This document shows, in pieces, positions 23,055-32,089 of a stretch of 64,000 nt of DNA; within the stretch, counting starts at the first letter, position 1; every line of letters starts with the position of its first letter. The translations under genes were made by a program, and so were the position numbers. Under the pieces are notes generated by a model. That model saw only the letters and a list, made by a program, of their open reading frames with translations, was not told the DNA's origin and did no database searches. This DNA comes from an uncultured Actinomycetota bacterium (GTDB lineage: Bacteria > Actinomycetota > Actinomycetes > Propionibacteriales > Nocardioidaceae), in NCBI GenBank assembly GCA_963805655.1, contig CAWDVB010000010.1:13832-77831 (forward strand), read 5' to 3'.

Positions 23055-24016
23055 CTAGACGCGGTCGGGGGGCGAGCCCAAACCGCGAACGTCGCCACGG
23101 CGGGTTCCTGCAGGCTGCCGAGCCACACCCTGCCGTGGTGCTCCCGGACCCCGGTGACCATGCGGAACTCATCGGTGCTCAACTGGCGGTCGTGCACCAG
23201 GCTCGCCCGGTCGTCGAAGGCCATCACCCGAGCCGTGCGCCGCGGCGCGGGTAGGACCCGGTCCGGGAGCCGGCGCACCCCTCTCCGCAGCCCCACCGGC
23301 AGTCGTCGCAGCATCAGCTCCAGGGCGGGGTCCGTCGGAGAGGCGATCGCGACCCAGATCAGCCCGTCGGAGCCCCGCGCGATGTTGTCGGGGTAGCCGG
23401 GGAGCTCGGCGACGAAGGTCTCCCTCACCCCGGCCCGGGGACCGTCGATCCACAGCCGCTGGATGTCGCGCCCGGTCGTCTGCGCCACCGCGACGAACGA
23501 CTCGTCGGCGGCAAGCGCCACCCCGTTGGGGAACCGCATCCCGTCGGCCTGAACCGACACCGACCCGTCCGGGCGGCGCAGCAGGAGGCGGCCCGAGTGG
23601 GTGTCCTCGATCATGTCGCTCTTCCAGGCGTCGGCACCGTAGAGGCGCGAGCTGTCGGTGAACCAGACCGATCCGTCGCTCTGCACGGCCGCGTTGTTGC
23701 AGAAGAGCATCGGGCGCCCCGCGACCTCCGACACCAGCTCGGTGACCGCCGACGTCTTCAGGTCGACCTCGAGGAGGCCCCTGTGTCCGTCGCAGACCAG
23801 CATCCGCCCGTTGGCCAGCCACTCCAGCCCGAAGGGCCTCCCCCCGGTGTTCGCCAGGATCCGTGAGGTGCGGGACTTCGGGTCGATCTCGTGGATGCTG
23901 CCGTCCTCGGTGCCCGTGTAGACGCGCCCGTCCTCGGCGACCAGGACGTCCTCGGTGCCCACGCCGTCGACCTGGAGCACGGTGATCGGCTCGTCGAAGG
24001 ACGCTGTCGTCGGCAC
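23055..24016 (-). CDS. SMP-30/gluconolactonase/strictosidine-synthase-like protein (3' end uncertain)
   Basis: MPTTASFDEPITVLQV...GRPFGLEWL...SVWFTDSS...FPNGVAL. As written the ORF runs on to 22799, 244 nt into dxs. A 1-nt change in the G6 run at 23067-23072 would give a stop at 23055-23057. Confidence 0.7.
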
Positions 24017-24025
24017 GGTCTCACG

Positions 24026-25096
24026 CTACTCGCCCGACGACGACCGATGACCCTCCAGGTAGGCGGTGACGAGACCGCCCAGGCTCGGCAGGTGATAGCC
24101 GCCCTCCTGGACCACGACCGAAGGCAGCCCGAGCGAGCCGAGGATCCGTCCCGCCGCGCCGTAGCCCTCCGTGGTCACGTGCAGGGGGCTCTCCGGATCG
24201 TCGATCGCGGCGTCGACTCCCAGGGACACCACCAGGGCGGTGACGCCCCGGGCGGCGGCCCAGCCGGCGATGCGCTCCACCGCCGCCACCCACGGCCCGT
24301 CCGGCGTCCCGGGGGCCAGCGGCACGTTGAGGGTCGCGCCCTCCCCCTCCCCGGCGCCGGTCTCGCCGGCGAAACCGAACACGTGGGGGAACCAACCGGC
24401 GCCGGGATCCACGTGCACCGACCCGTAGGAGACGTCTGCTCGCCGGTAGAAGATCTGCGCCGTGCCGTTGCCCTGGTGCGCGTCCAGGTCGATCACCGCG
24501 ACCCTGTCGTGGCCGGACGCGCGCAGAGCCTCGGCGGCGACCGCTGCGTTGTTGAGGTAGCACGACCCGCCGAGGCCGCTGCGGGTCGCGTGGTGACCCG
24601 GAGGGCGGGTCAGCGCGTAGGCAGTCCGTCGGCCGCCCACGACCAGGTCCACCGCGGTCAGGGTGCAGTCGACCGCGGCCAGGGCGGAGTCCCAGGTGCC
24701 CCCGTCGATGAGGGTGCAGGTGTCGTAGACGAAGCGTCCGGCATCGGCGTGCACCCGTACGGGGACGCTGGGCGGCATGCCCTCGGTGAGTGCCGGTGTC
24801 GGGAAGAAGTACGGCACGACGAGGCCCTGGCCGACCTCGGCCTGGTACCCGCCTGCCGCCCAGCGGGTCGCGGCGCCCTCGAGGAAGGCCAGCATGGCGG
24901 AGTCGTGAACGCGTGCCAGGAGGGTCCTGTCGTGCGGGAGCGCCTCGACCACCTCGTCGTACCCTGAGTCGGCCAGCGCTGCGAGGATCGCGTCGACCCG
25001 CTCGGGGTTCTCCAGGCCGTCGAGCTCGACTCCCACCCAGACCTCCTTGCGCGGATCGTGCAGCCGGGTCCGCGGCGACCAGACAACGGGAATCAA
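24026..25096 (-). CDS. histone deacetylase / acetylpolyamine amidohydrolase family protein
   Basis: 356 aa. RPPGHHA, IDLDAHQGNGT and EGGY motifs. Confidence 0.85.
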   Translation of the reverse strand: MIPVVWSPRTRLHDPRKEVWVGVELDGLENPERVDAILAALADSGYDEVVEALPHDRTLLARVHDSAMLAFLEGAATRWAAGGYQAEVGQGLVVPYFFPTPALTEGMPPSVPVRVHADAGRFVYDTCTLIDGGTWDSALAAVDCTLTAVDLVVGGRRTAYALTRPPGHHATRSGLGGSCYLNNAAVAAEALRASGHDRVAVIDLDAHQGNGTAQIFYRRADVSYGSVHVDPGAGWFPHVFGFAGETGAGEGEGATLNVPLAPGTPDGPWVAAVERIAGWAAARGVTALVVSLGVDAAIDDPESPLHVTTEGYGAAGRILGSLGLPSVVVQEGGYHLPSLGGLVTAYLEGHRSSSGE

Positions 25097-25140
25097 AGCC
25101 TCACCTCTCCTGTGATCTGCGGGTACGGCAGGATGTCCGC

Positions 25141-26211
25141 ATGCCGCGCGCTCGCGACCTGGGCATCACCATCGGGGTGCTGCCGACCGGTCCCACCAAC
25201 TCTGTCCTCGACATCCCCGGCGTGGGGGTCGGCCACACCACCATCGTCCGTGACGAGCCCGCACCTCCGGACGGCCGCGGAGTGGCGCGGACCGGCGTCA
25301 CCGCCCTCGTCGTCGCCGAGGACGCCTACGAGCGACCCCTGGCCGCCGGCGGGGCCGTGCTCAACGGGGCCGGCGAGTGCACCGGCTTCCTCTCCGCCGC
25401 CGAGTGGGCGACGTTGGAGAGCCCCATCTACCTGACCTCGACGATGCAGCTCGGACGGGTATACGACGCCGCCTGCGAGATCGCCCTCGAGCAGAACGCC
25501 GCGGTCGCCGACGACGTCGTCATCCCGGTGGTGGCGGAGTGCGACGACTCGTTCCTCAACGACTGCCGGCGCATGCAGGTCACCTCCGACGACGTCCGCT
25601 CCGCCTGGCGCGCGGCGCTGGACAGTCGCGGATCGGCGGCTCCGCCGCCCGAAGGTGCGGTCGGGGCGGGGACCGGCATGAGCTGCCTGGGCTTCAAGGG
25701 CGGCATCGGCTCCGCATCCCGGGTCACCCCCGACGGGCACACGGTTGCCGTCCTGCTGCTCACGAACTTCGGTCAGCGACACGAGCTGGTGGTCGACGGC
25801 GTGCCCTACGGCCGGGGCCTCCCGGAGGCCCCGGGGCCCGCGACGCCGGCGGGGTCGTGCATCGGCGTCGTCGTCACCGACGCGGCCGCCGACGGGGCCT
25901 CGTGCGCCCGGCTGGCCCGCCGTATCGGGCTCGGCCTGGCCCGCGCGGGCTCGGTCGCACACCACGGCAGCGGCGAGATCTTCCTGGGCGTGTCCACGGG
26001 TGCGCGCTTCAACCGCGACCGAGCGCCGGAGCGCACCCTCGACGTCGTCGGCCGAGCGCTCGACCCGCTGTTCCAGGCCACCGTGGAAGCGGCCGAGGAA
26101 GCCGTGCTCAACTCCCTGCTGTCGGCCACCACGACGACCGGGCGGGACGGCAACACGATGGAGGCGCTGGTCCTCCCCGATCACTGGTCCGATCAACGAG
26201 CGGCCAGGTGA
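25141..26211 (+). CDS. P1 (DmpA/S58) family aminopeptidase
   Basis: MPRARDLGITIGVLPTGPTNSVLDIPGVGVGHTT...GAGTGMSCLGFKGGIGSAS... Confidence 0.85.
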   Translation: MPRARDLGITIGVLPTGPTNSVLDIPGVGVGHTTIVRDEPAPPDGRGVARTGVTALVVAEDAYERPLAAGGAVLNGAGECTGFLSAAEWATLESPIYLTSTMQLGRVYDAACEIALEQNAAVADDVVIPVVAECDDSFLNDCRRMQVTSDDVRSAWRAALDSRGSAAPPPEGAVGAGTGMSCLGFKGGIGSASRVTPDGHTVAVLLLTNFGQRHELVVDGVPYGRGLPEAPGPATPAGSCIGVVVTDAAADGASCARLARRIGLGLARAGSVAHHGSGEIFLGVSTGARFNRDRAPERTLDVVGRALDPLFQATVEAAEEAVLNSLLSATTTTGRDGNTMEALVLPDHWSDQRAAR

Positions 26212-27217
26212 CAGGCGACCTGGTGCTCGTCGTCCGCGGAGAGGACCGGCAGACCCACCGTGCGGCAGCGGTCCGCGATGCCGACCGCGTCGGCCTCGCC
26301 GGAGGCGAGGGCCGGGCAGCGCGGGTGGAACCGGCAGCCGGCGGGGATCCTGGTCGGGTCGGGGATCTCGCCGGTGAGGATCACCGGCTCCAGGCCCTCC
26401 ATCTCGGGGACCACGGACAACAGCGCCTTGGTGTAGGGATGCTGCGGCGCGGCGAGCACCTCCTCGGTCGGGCCTGACTCGACCACGCGCCCGAGGTACA
26501 TCACGGCCAGCCGGTCGGCGATGTTCCAGGCCAGGCCAAGGTCGTGGGTGACCACCAGGACGCCCAGCCCGAGCTCGTCGCGCAGGCGAAGCAGAAGCGC
26601 GAGGATCTCGCCGCGGATCGAGGCATCGAGGCTGGAGACCGGCTCGTCGGCGATCAGCAGCTCCGGCTGCAGCGCCAGGGCGCCGGCGATCAGCACCCGC
26701 TGCCTCTGTCCACCGGACAGCTCGTGCGGATAGCCGCTGGAAGAGGGCTCGGGCGGCCGCAGCCCGGCGTCGGACAGCGCCCGGGCCACCAGCTCGACCT
26801 CGTTCACGCCCGTCGGAGTCCTGGATCCGGTGCAGCCGAACGCCTTCCGCGACCGACTCGTAGACGGTGTGCCGCGGGTTCAGCGAGCCGGCAGGGTCTT
26901 GCAGCACGATCTGCACGCGACGACGGAAGGCGCGCAGGGACCGGATGCTGTACGACAGCGGCTTGCCCTCCTAACGTCACCGTGCCGCTGGTCGGCCGCT
27001 CCAGGCCCATGAAGGTCGCGCGCCAAAGTCGTTTGCCCGAGCCGGACTCCCCTGCCAGGGCGATGATCTCGCCGCGGCGGATCTTCAGGTCGACACCGTC
27101 GACAGCGCGGGCCTGCTTGCCCTCGCGGCTCCGAAATACGACTTTCAGCCCGGAGACCTCGAGGATCGTTTCGGCTCCGGCTCCGGCTGCCGGAGCCGGA
27201 TGCTCGGTGACGGTCAC
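26193..27217 (-). pseudogene. oligopeptide/dipeptide ABC transporter ATP-binding protein (DppF/OppF-like), multiple frameshifts
   Basis: Walker A GESGSGK, then TTLAR in a second frame, then [11 protein letters not shown] back in the first frame. [18 protein letters not shown] is in a third frame. LSGGQRQRV, LLIADEPVSSLD and the C-terminal CRFHPRCP domain are in the 26193..26807 frame. Confidence 0.8.
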
Positions 27218-28185
27218 GGTGTGTCCTCTCGCACGTGGACGCAGGCAGCGGCTCGGTCCTCGCCGGCCGGCCGCAGCAGCACGTCAACGGTCGAGCACTC
27301 GTCGATGGCGACGCCGCAGCGGGGATGGAACGGCAGCCGCTGGGTAGGTCGCCGGGGAAGGGCGGGTCGCCAGCGAGTCCCGCCGGCGCATAGCGGGCCG
27401 AGAGGTCTCCGATGGTCGGGAACGCGCCGGACAGTGCCCGCGTATAGGGGTGGACCGGCTCGCCAAAAACCTGCTTGGCGGGCCCTTGCTCCACGACCCG
27501 ACCGGCATACATCACGGCCACCTGGTCACAGGTCGGCGAGCACCGACAGGTCGTGGCTGATGATCATCAGACCGACGCCGAGATCAGTCACGAGCGCCCC
27601 TCAGGAGGTCCAGCACCTGGGCCTGGACCATGACGTCGAGGGCAGTGGTCGGCTCATCGGCGATGATCAGCTGCGGGTTTGCAGGCCAGTGCCATGGCGA
27701 TCATGACGCGCTGCTTCTGGCCCCCGGAGAGTTGATGCGGGTAGGCCCTAGCGCGCGACGGAGGAAGCCCGACCTGTTCGAAGAGCTCACCAACGCGCTT
27801 CTCGACCTGCTTGGGCGTCGCATTCTTCTCGTGCAGGAGGACCGGCTCGGCCACCTGCTTCCCGATGCGTTGCACAGGATTCATCGAGTGCAGCGCACCC
27901 TGGAAGACGATCGAGGCTTCGGCCCACCTGACTGCTCTCAGCTGGCCGAACTTCATCGTCATGATGTCCTCGCCATCGAGGAGCACCTGGCCAGTGACCT
28001 CGCCGACGCGGGCTGAGGCGTAACACAGTGGTCGCGAGGGTCGACTTTCCGCACCCTGACTCACCCGCTACGCCGAGCGTGGTGCCGGCTTCGACCGTGA
28101 GGGTGACCCCGCGGACGGCGGGCACCGGGCCTTCGGTGGTCTGGTAGGTGACGCGACAGGTCGTCCATCCGAGCAGCTGCGTCAT
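27214..28185 (-). pseudogene. oligopeptide/dipeptide ABC transporter ATP-binding protein (DppD/OppD-like), multiple frameshifts
   Basis: GESGCGKST (27787..28185 frame). [16 protein letters not shown] (27654..28064 frame). [12 protein letters not shown] and [22 protein letters not shown] are in further frames. [13 protein letters not shown] is in the 26880..27521 frame. Stop overlaps the next start (GTGA). Confidence 0.8.
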
Positions 28186-28189
28186 CGCG

Positions 28190-29101
28190 TCACCGCTCCC
28201 TCATGCGCGGGTTGAATACCGCTTCCAGGGCGTGTCCGACAAGGGTGAACGCCAGCACTACCAGGACCACACACAGTCCAGGGGGGATGATGATACCACC
28301 ATGCGCCTTGGTGATCGCGCCGATGTTGAACGCTTCATCCAGCATCGATCCCCAGGACGACCAGGGTGGGGTCGCCCAGCCCCAGGAAGCCAGCGTCGTC
28401 TCGCTGAGGATGGCGATGGCGACCGTGAGGGTGGTGTTGGCCAGGATCAGCGGGGACACGTTGGGCAGGACATGCCTGGTCATCTGGTGCCAGTGGCCGC
28501 CGCCGAGCACTCGGGCTCTTTCCAGATAGGGACGAGCCTTCACCGAGAGTGTTTGGCTCGTACGAGCAGTGCCGTGCCCGGCCACGACGTCACGCCGATG
28601 ACGATGATCAAGTTGAACAGCGACTTCCCGAGAACCGTGGCCAGCACGATGGCCAGGGGAAGGAACGGAATGACGAGGAACCAGTCAGTGACGCGCACGA
28701 GCCCTGCCCCGAACCAGTTCGAAAATGGCCAGAGCCATGCCGATCAGGGTGCCGATAACCATGGAGATCACCGTCGCGGAGAAGCCGACGAACAGCGAGA
28801 TCCGCGGCACCCCAGATCACCAGGGTCAGCACGGAGCGGCCCTCCTGATCGGTGCCGAGCCAGAACGGCGCGGGCGGCGGCTCGAGCACGCCGCCGGTGG
28901 CCTTGGTGACCTCGAGGCCAGTCGGCGTGCGCGATGAGCGGTGCGAACACCGCCATCAGGATGAACGCGACCAGCACGACCAGCCCGAGACCCCGGCGCT
29001 GTCGGCGGCGGAACTGACGCCAGGTGGCCGCGCGGCAGGGCGCGGCGGCGCCGGCGCTGGCGGGCGCGAGAGCGGCTGGCGACGTCGACGGGGCGCGTCA
29101 T
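28190..29101 (-). pseudogene. ABC transporter permease (DppC/OppC-like), multiple frameshifts
   Basis: N-terminus MTRPVDVASRSRA. VVLVAFILMAVFAPLIAHADW and FWLGTDQEGRSVLTLVIWGA are in other frames. The C-terminus HVLPNVSPLILANTTLTVAIAILSETTL...[33 protein letters not shown] contains the FLGLGDP motif only in an alternate frame. Confidence 0.75.
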
Positions 29102-30100
29102 GTGCGCACCCGCGGGTCGAGCAGGCCGTAGACCAGGTTGGAGAGCAGGTTCGTCAGGATCACGCCGGCGGACCCGACGAGGAACGTGCCCTGGAGCACC
29201 CAGTAGTCGGGGATGTCCAACGCCTCGGTGGCGAGCAGCCCGAGACCCGGGATCGAGAAGACGGTCTCGACCGTGATCGCTCCGGAGACGACCAACCCGA
29301 TGTTCAGCGCGATCATGGTCGTGGTGGGGAGCAGCGCGTTGCGGACGGCGTGCCGCCGCCGCACCAGGACGTCGCGCAGGCCCTTGGCCCGAGCCGTCGT
29401 CAGATAGTCCTCACCCAGCTCGTCGAGCAGCGAGCTGCGCATGATCAGCGAGTAGTCGGACAAGATAGGCGAGCGTCAGCGTGAGTCACCGGCAGGGCCA
29501 GGTGCCAGCATCGTGTCCAGGAAGTAGCCGACATGCCCCCGGTGGCGATCCCCACCGAATGGAGTCCCCCGGTCGGGAAGATGCCGGGGAACGGGCCGAC
29601 CCCGACCGCGAGCACCTCGATCAGCAGCAGCCCGAGCCACCACTCCGGCATCGAGTACAGCGTCAGCGCGCTGCCGCATTGGTCATCCTGTCGAAGGCGC
29701 TCCCGCGGTTCCACGCCCCGGTGATCCCGAGATAGACCCCGATCACCGTGGCCAGGATCGTCGAGGAACCCACCAACAGCAGCGTCGGGCCCATCCGCTC
29801 CAGAATCAGCTCGGACCACCGGAACGTTGTAGCGCAGCGAGTAGCCCAGGTCGCCCTGGGCGGTGTTCTTGAGGAAGGTGAAGAACTGCTGCCACAGGGG
29901 CTGGTCGAGCCCGTAGGTGTGGTTGAACTCGGCGATCGCCTCGGGCGAGGTGAGTCTGCCCCTCCCCAGAGTCCGGGCGGGGTCGCCGGGGATGACCCGG
30001 AAGAGGAAGAAGTTCAGCACCAGCATGAAGGCCAGGCTGCCCAGCGAGCCCCCCGACCTTGGTGAGCGCGTAGCGCCCGTAGGAGCGCCCCTGGCCCTGC
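29098..30100 (-). pseudogene. ABC transporter permease (DppB/OppB-like), multiple frameshifts, start codon not identifiable
   Basis: Fragments LAFMLVLNFFLFRVIPGDPART, LTLYSMPEWWLGLLLIEVLAV and YSLIMRSSLLDELGEDYLTTARAKGL...VYGLLDPRVRT are spread over all three frames. ATGA overlap with the downstream permease. Confidence 0.7.
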
Positions 30101-30111
30101 GGGCCGGGGGG

Positions 30112-30143
30112 CTTGTGGCGGCGGAGCTCTCCGCCGCCACAAG
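30112..30143 (-). other. perfect 15-bp-arm intercistronic hairpin between SBP and permease genes
   Basis: CTTGTGGCGGCGGAG-ag/ct-CTCCGCCGCCACAAG. Starts 6 nt after the SBP stop codon. Confidence 0.85.
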
Positions 30144-30148
30144 CTGGC

Positions 30149-32089
30149 TCACTCCCGGTCCCCGGCGCTGCCGCGCCGACGGACGAGGGCCAGAGCACCG
30201 CCGGCCGCGGCCAGCACGACGACACCGCCGCCGACGTACCACCACATCGAGCTGCTGTTGGAGGTGGAGGTGGTGCTGGGCGCGGGCGCACCCGTCGAGG
30301 TGTCCGTGCCGCCGCTGCTCGCGGTCGCCGTCGGGGTGCTGGCGACCGCACCGATGGCGGTGGTCACCCCGTCACAGTTGCCCGCCTGGTCCGCCGGCCG
30401 CACCGCGATGTAGTTGTGCACACCGAGCTGCAGGGCCAGCACGCCGCCCGGGTCGGGCTGGGGCTCCATGCAGGCGAACAGGTCACTGCGCAGGGCCTCG
30501 CCCACGCTGTTGTAGACCGTCACCAGGTACGGCGCGTCCTGGTAGAGGATCTGCTGCATCTGGTCGATCTCCTGCACCCGCTTGGCGTGGTCCATCTCGG
30601 ACTTCTGCTGCTGGTACAGCGCGTCGTACTGCGGGTTGCAGTACCACGAGTCGGACCACGCTCCACGCTGGTCACAGGTCATGTACGACAGCATCGAGTC
30701 CGGGTCCGCGTCGACGTACCAGCCCCACTCGAAGATGTCGAAGTTGCCTTCCAGAATGACGTTGGTCAGCTTGTTGCTGTTCATCGTCGACACCTCGGAC
30801 TTGATGCCCAGCTGGCTGAGCCACTCCGAGAAGTACGTCAACACGTTCTTCGAGGTGGCGGAGTCGCTGCGCGCGAAGAGCCGCAGGGTGCCGATCGGCT
30901 GTCCGTTGGGAAGCGTGCGGAACCCGTCCGAACCCATCTTGTAGCCCGCGGCGTCGAGCAGGTCCCCGGCCTTCTGCAGGTCGAACGTGAACGCCTGGTC
31001 GGCCGGCGGCTCCCAGTGCCACTCCTTGAAGCCGGGCGGCACGATCGTGGTGCCCGGGAGACCCGCGCCCTGGTAGGCCCGCTGGATCAGCAGGTTGCGG
31101 TCGATGGCGAAGCCGAGCGCGTAGCGGAACTTCGGGTCGAGGACCGCCGGGTTCGGGTTCCCGATCGGCTTGTCGGTCTTGGTGTCGACCGAGCCACTGT
31201 TGAAGGCGATCTCGTCGAAGCCGGGTGCCTGGCCGTTGATGGCGGTGATGCCCGACTGACCCTGCAGGGACTTGACCTGCAAGGGGGTGATGCCGTCGAC
31301 GAAGTCGATCTCACCCTTGATCAGGGCCTGGACCGCCGTGTCCTGGTTCTGGAACACCTTGAAGACCAGCTGGTCGACGTGCGGAGCGCCTTCCCAGTAG
31401 TTCTTGTTGGCCTGGAAGACGTACGTCGAGCCGCCGGCCGTTCCGGACACGAGCTGGAACGGCCCGGAGCCGACCACGGGCTGACCCTTCGACGGCTCGT
31501 TCGTGTAGGACTTGATCTGGTCGTCGGGGATCTTCGACCAGATGTGCTCGGGCAGCACGGGGATGGGCAACAGCGGAAGGACAGCGTTCGGCTGCTTCAG
31601 GTGCAGCACGACCGTTGCGTCGTCAGGTGCGTCCACCGAGGTGACGTAGGTGAGGTAGGACCCCCACTGCGAGTGGATCGGGCCCTTGCCGTTGATGATC
31701 CGGTTGTAGGTGAAGGCGACGTCGCTGGCCGTCAGCGGCTGGCCGTCGGACCAGGTCACGCCGGTGCGCAGGTGGAAGGTCCAGGTCAGCCCGTCGGTGG
31801 AGTGCTCCCAGCTGGTGGCCAGCGCCGGAGCGGGCTGCATGTCCTTCATCGTGTACCCGACCAGCGAGTCGTACATCAGGGCCCACATCTCGAAGGAGGT
31901 GGCCTGGTAGCCGAGGAAGGGGTTGAAGGAGTCGACGGAGACGGTGTAGCCGACGGTGAAGGTGACCGGCGAGTCGGCGTTGGCTGCGGACGTGGCCGCC
32001 GGCGCGAAGGACGCGGTGGCTGCTACGGCCAGAACCGCCGAGATGGCTGCGCCGATTCTGCGAAGGCGGCTAGGTTTCCGCCCATGCAT
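30149..32089 (-). CDS. ABC transporter substrate-binding protein, family 5 (peptide/nickel), with C-terminal Ser/Thr-rich linker and TM anchor
   Basis: MHGRKPSRLRRIGAAISAVLAVAATASFAPAATSAANA signal. Typical SBP_bac_5 body (intact, single frame). C-terminus ...TPTATASSGGTDTSTGAPAPSTTSTSNSSSMWWYVGGGVVVLAAAGGALALVRRRGS. Confidence 0.85.
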   Translation of the reverse strand: MHGRKPSRLRRIGAAISAVLAVAATASFAPAATSAANADSPVTFTVGYTVSVDSFNPFLGYQATSFEMWALMYDSLVGYTMKDMQPAPALATSWEHSTDGLTWTFHLRTGVTWSDGQPLTASDVAFTYNRIINGKGPIHSQWGSYLTYVTSVDAPDDATVVLHLKQPNAVLPLLPIPVLPEHIWSKIPDDQIKSYTNEPSKGQPVVGSGPFQLVSGTAGGSTYVFQANKNYWEGAPHVDQLVFKVFQNQDTAVQALIKGEIDFVDGITPLQVKSLQGQSGITAINGQAPGFDEIAFNSGSVDTKTDKPIGNPNPAVLDPKFRYALGFAIDRNLLIQRAYQGAGLPGTTIVPPGFKEWHWEPPADQAFTFDLQKAGDLLDAAGYKMGSDGFRTLPNGQPIGTLRLFARSDSATSKNVLTYFSEWLSQLGIKSEVSTMNSNKLTNVILEGNFDIFEWGWYVDADPDSMLSYMTCDQRGAWSDSWYCNPQYDALYQQQKSEMDHAKRVQEIDQMQQILYQDAPYLVTVYNSVGEALRSDLFACMEPQPDPGGVLALQLGVHNYIAVRPADQAGNCDGVTTAIGAVASTPTATASSGGTDTSTGAPAPSTTSTSNSSSMWWYVGGGVVVLAAAGGALALVRRRGSAGDRE

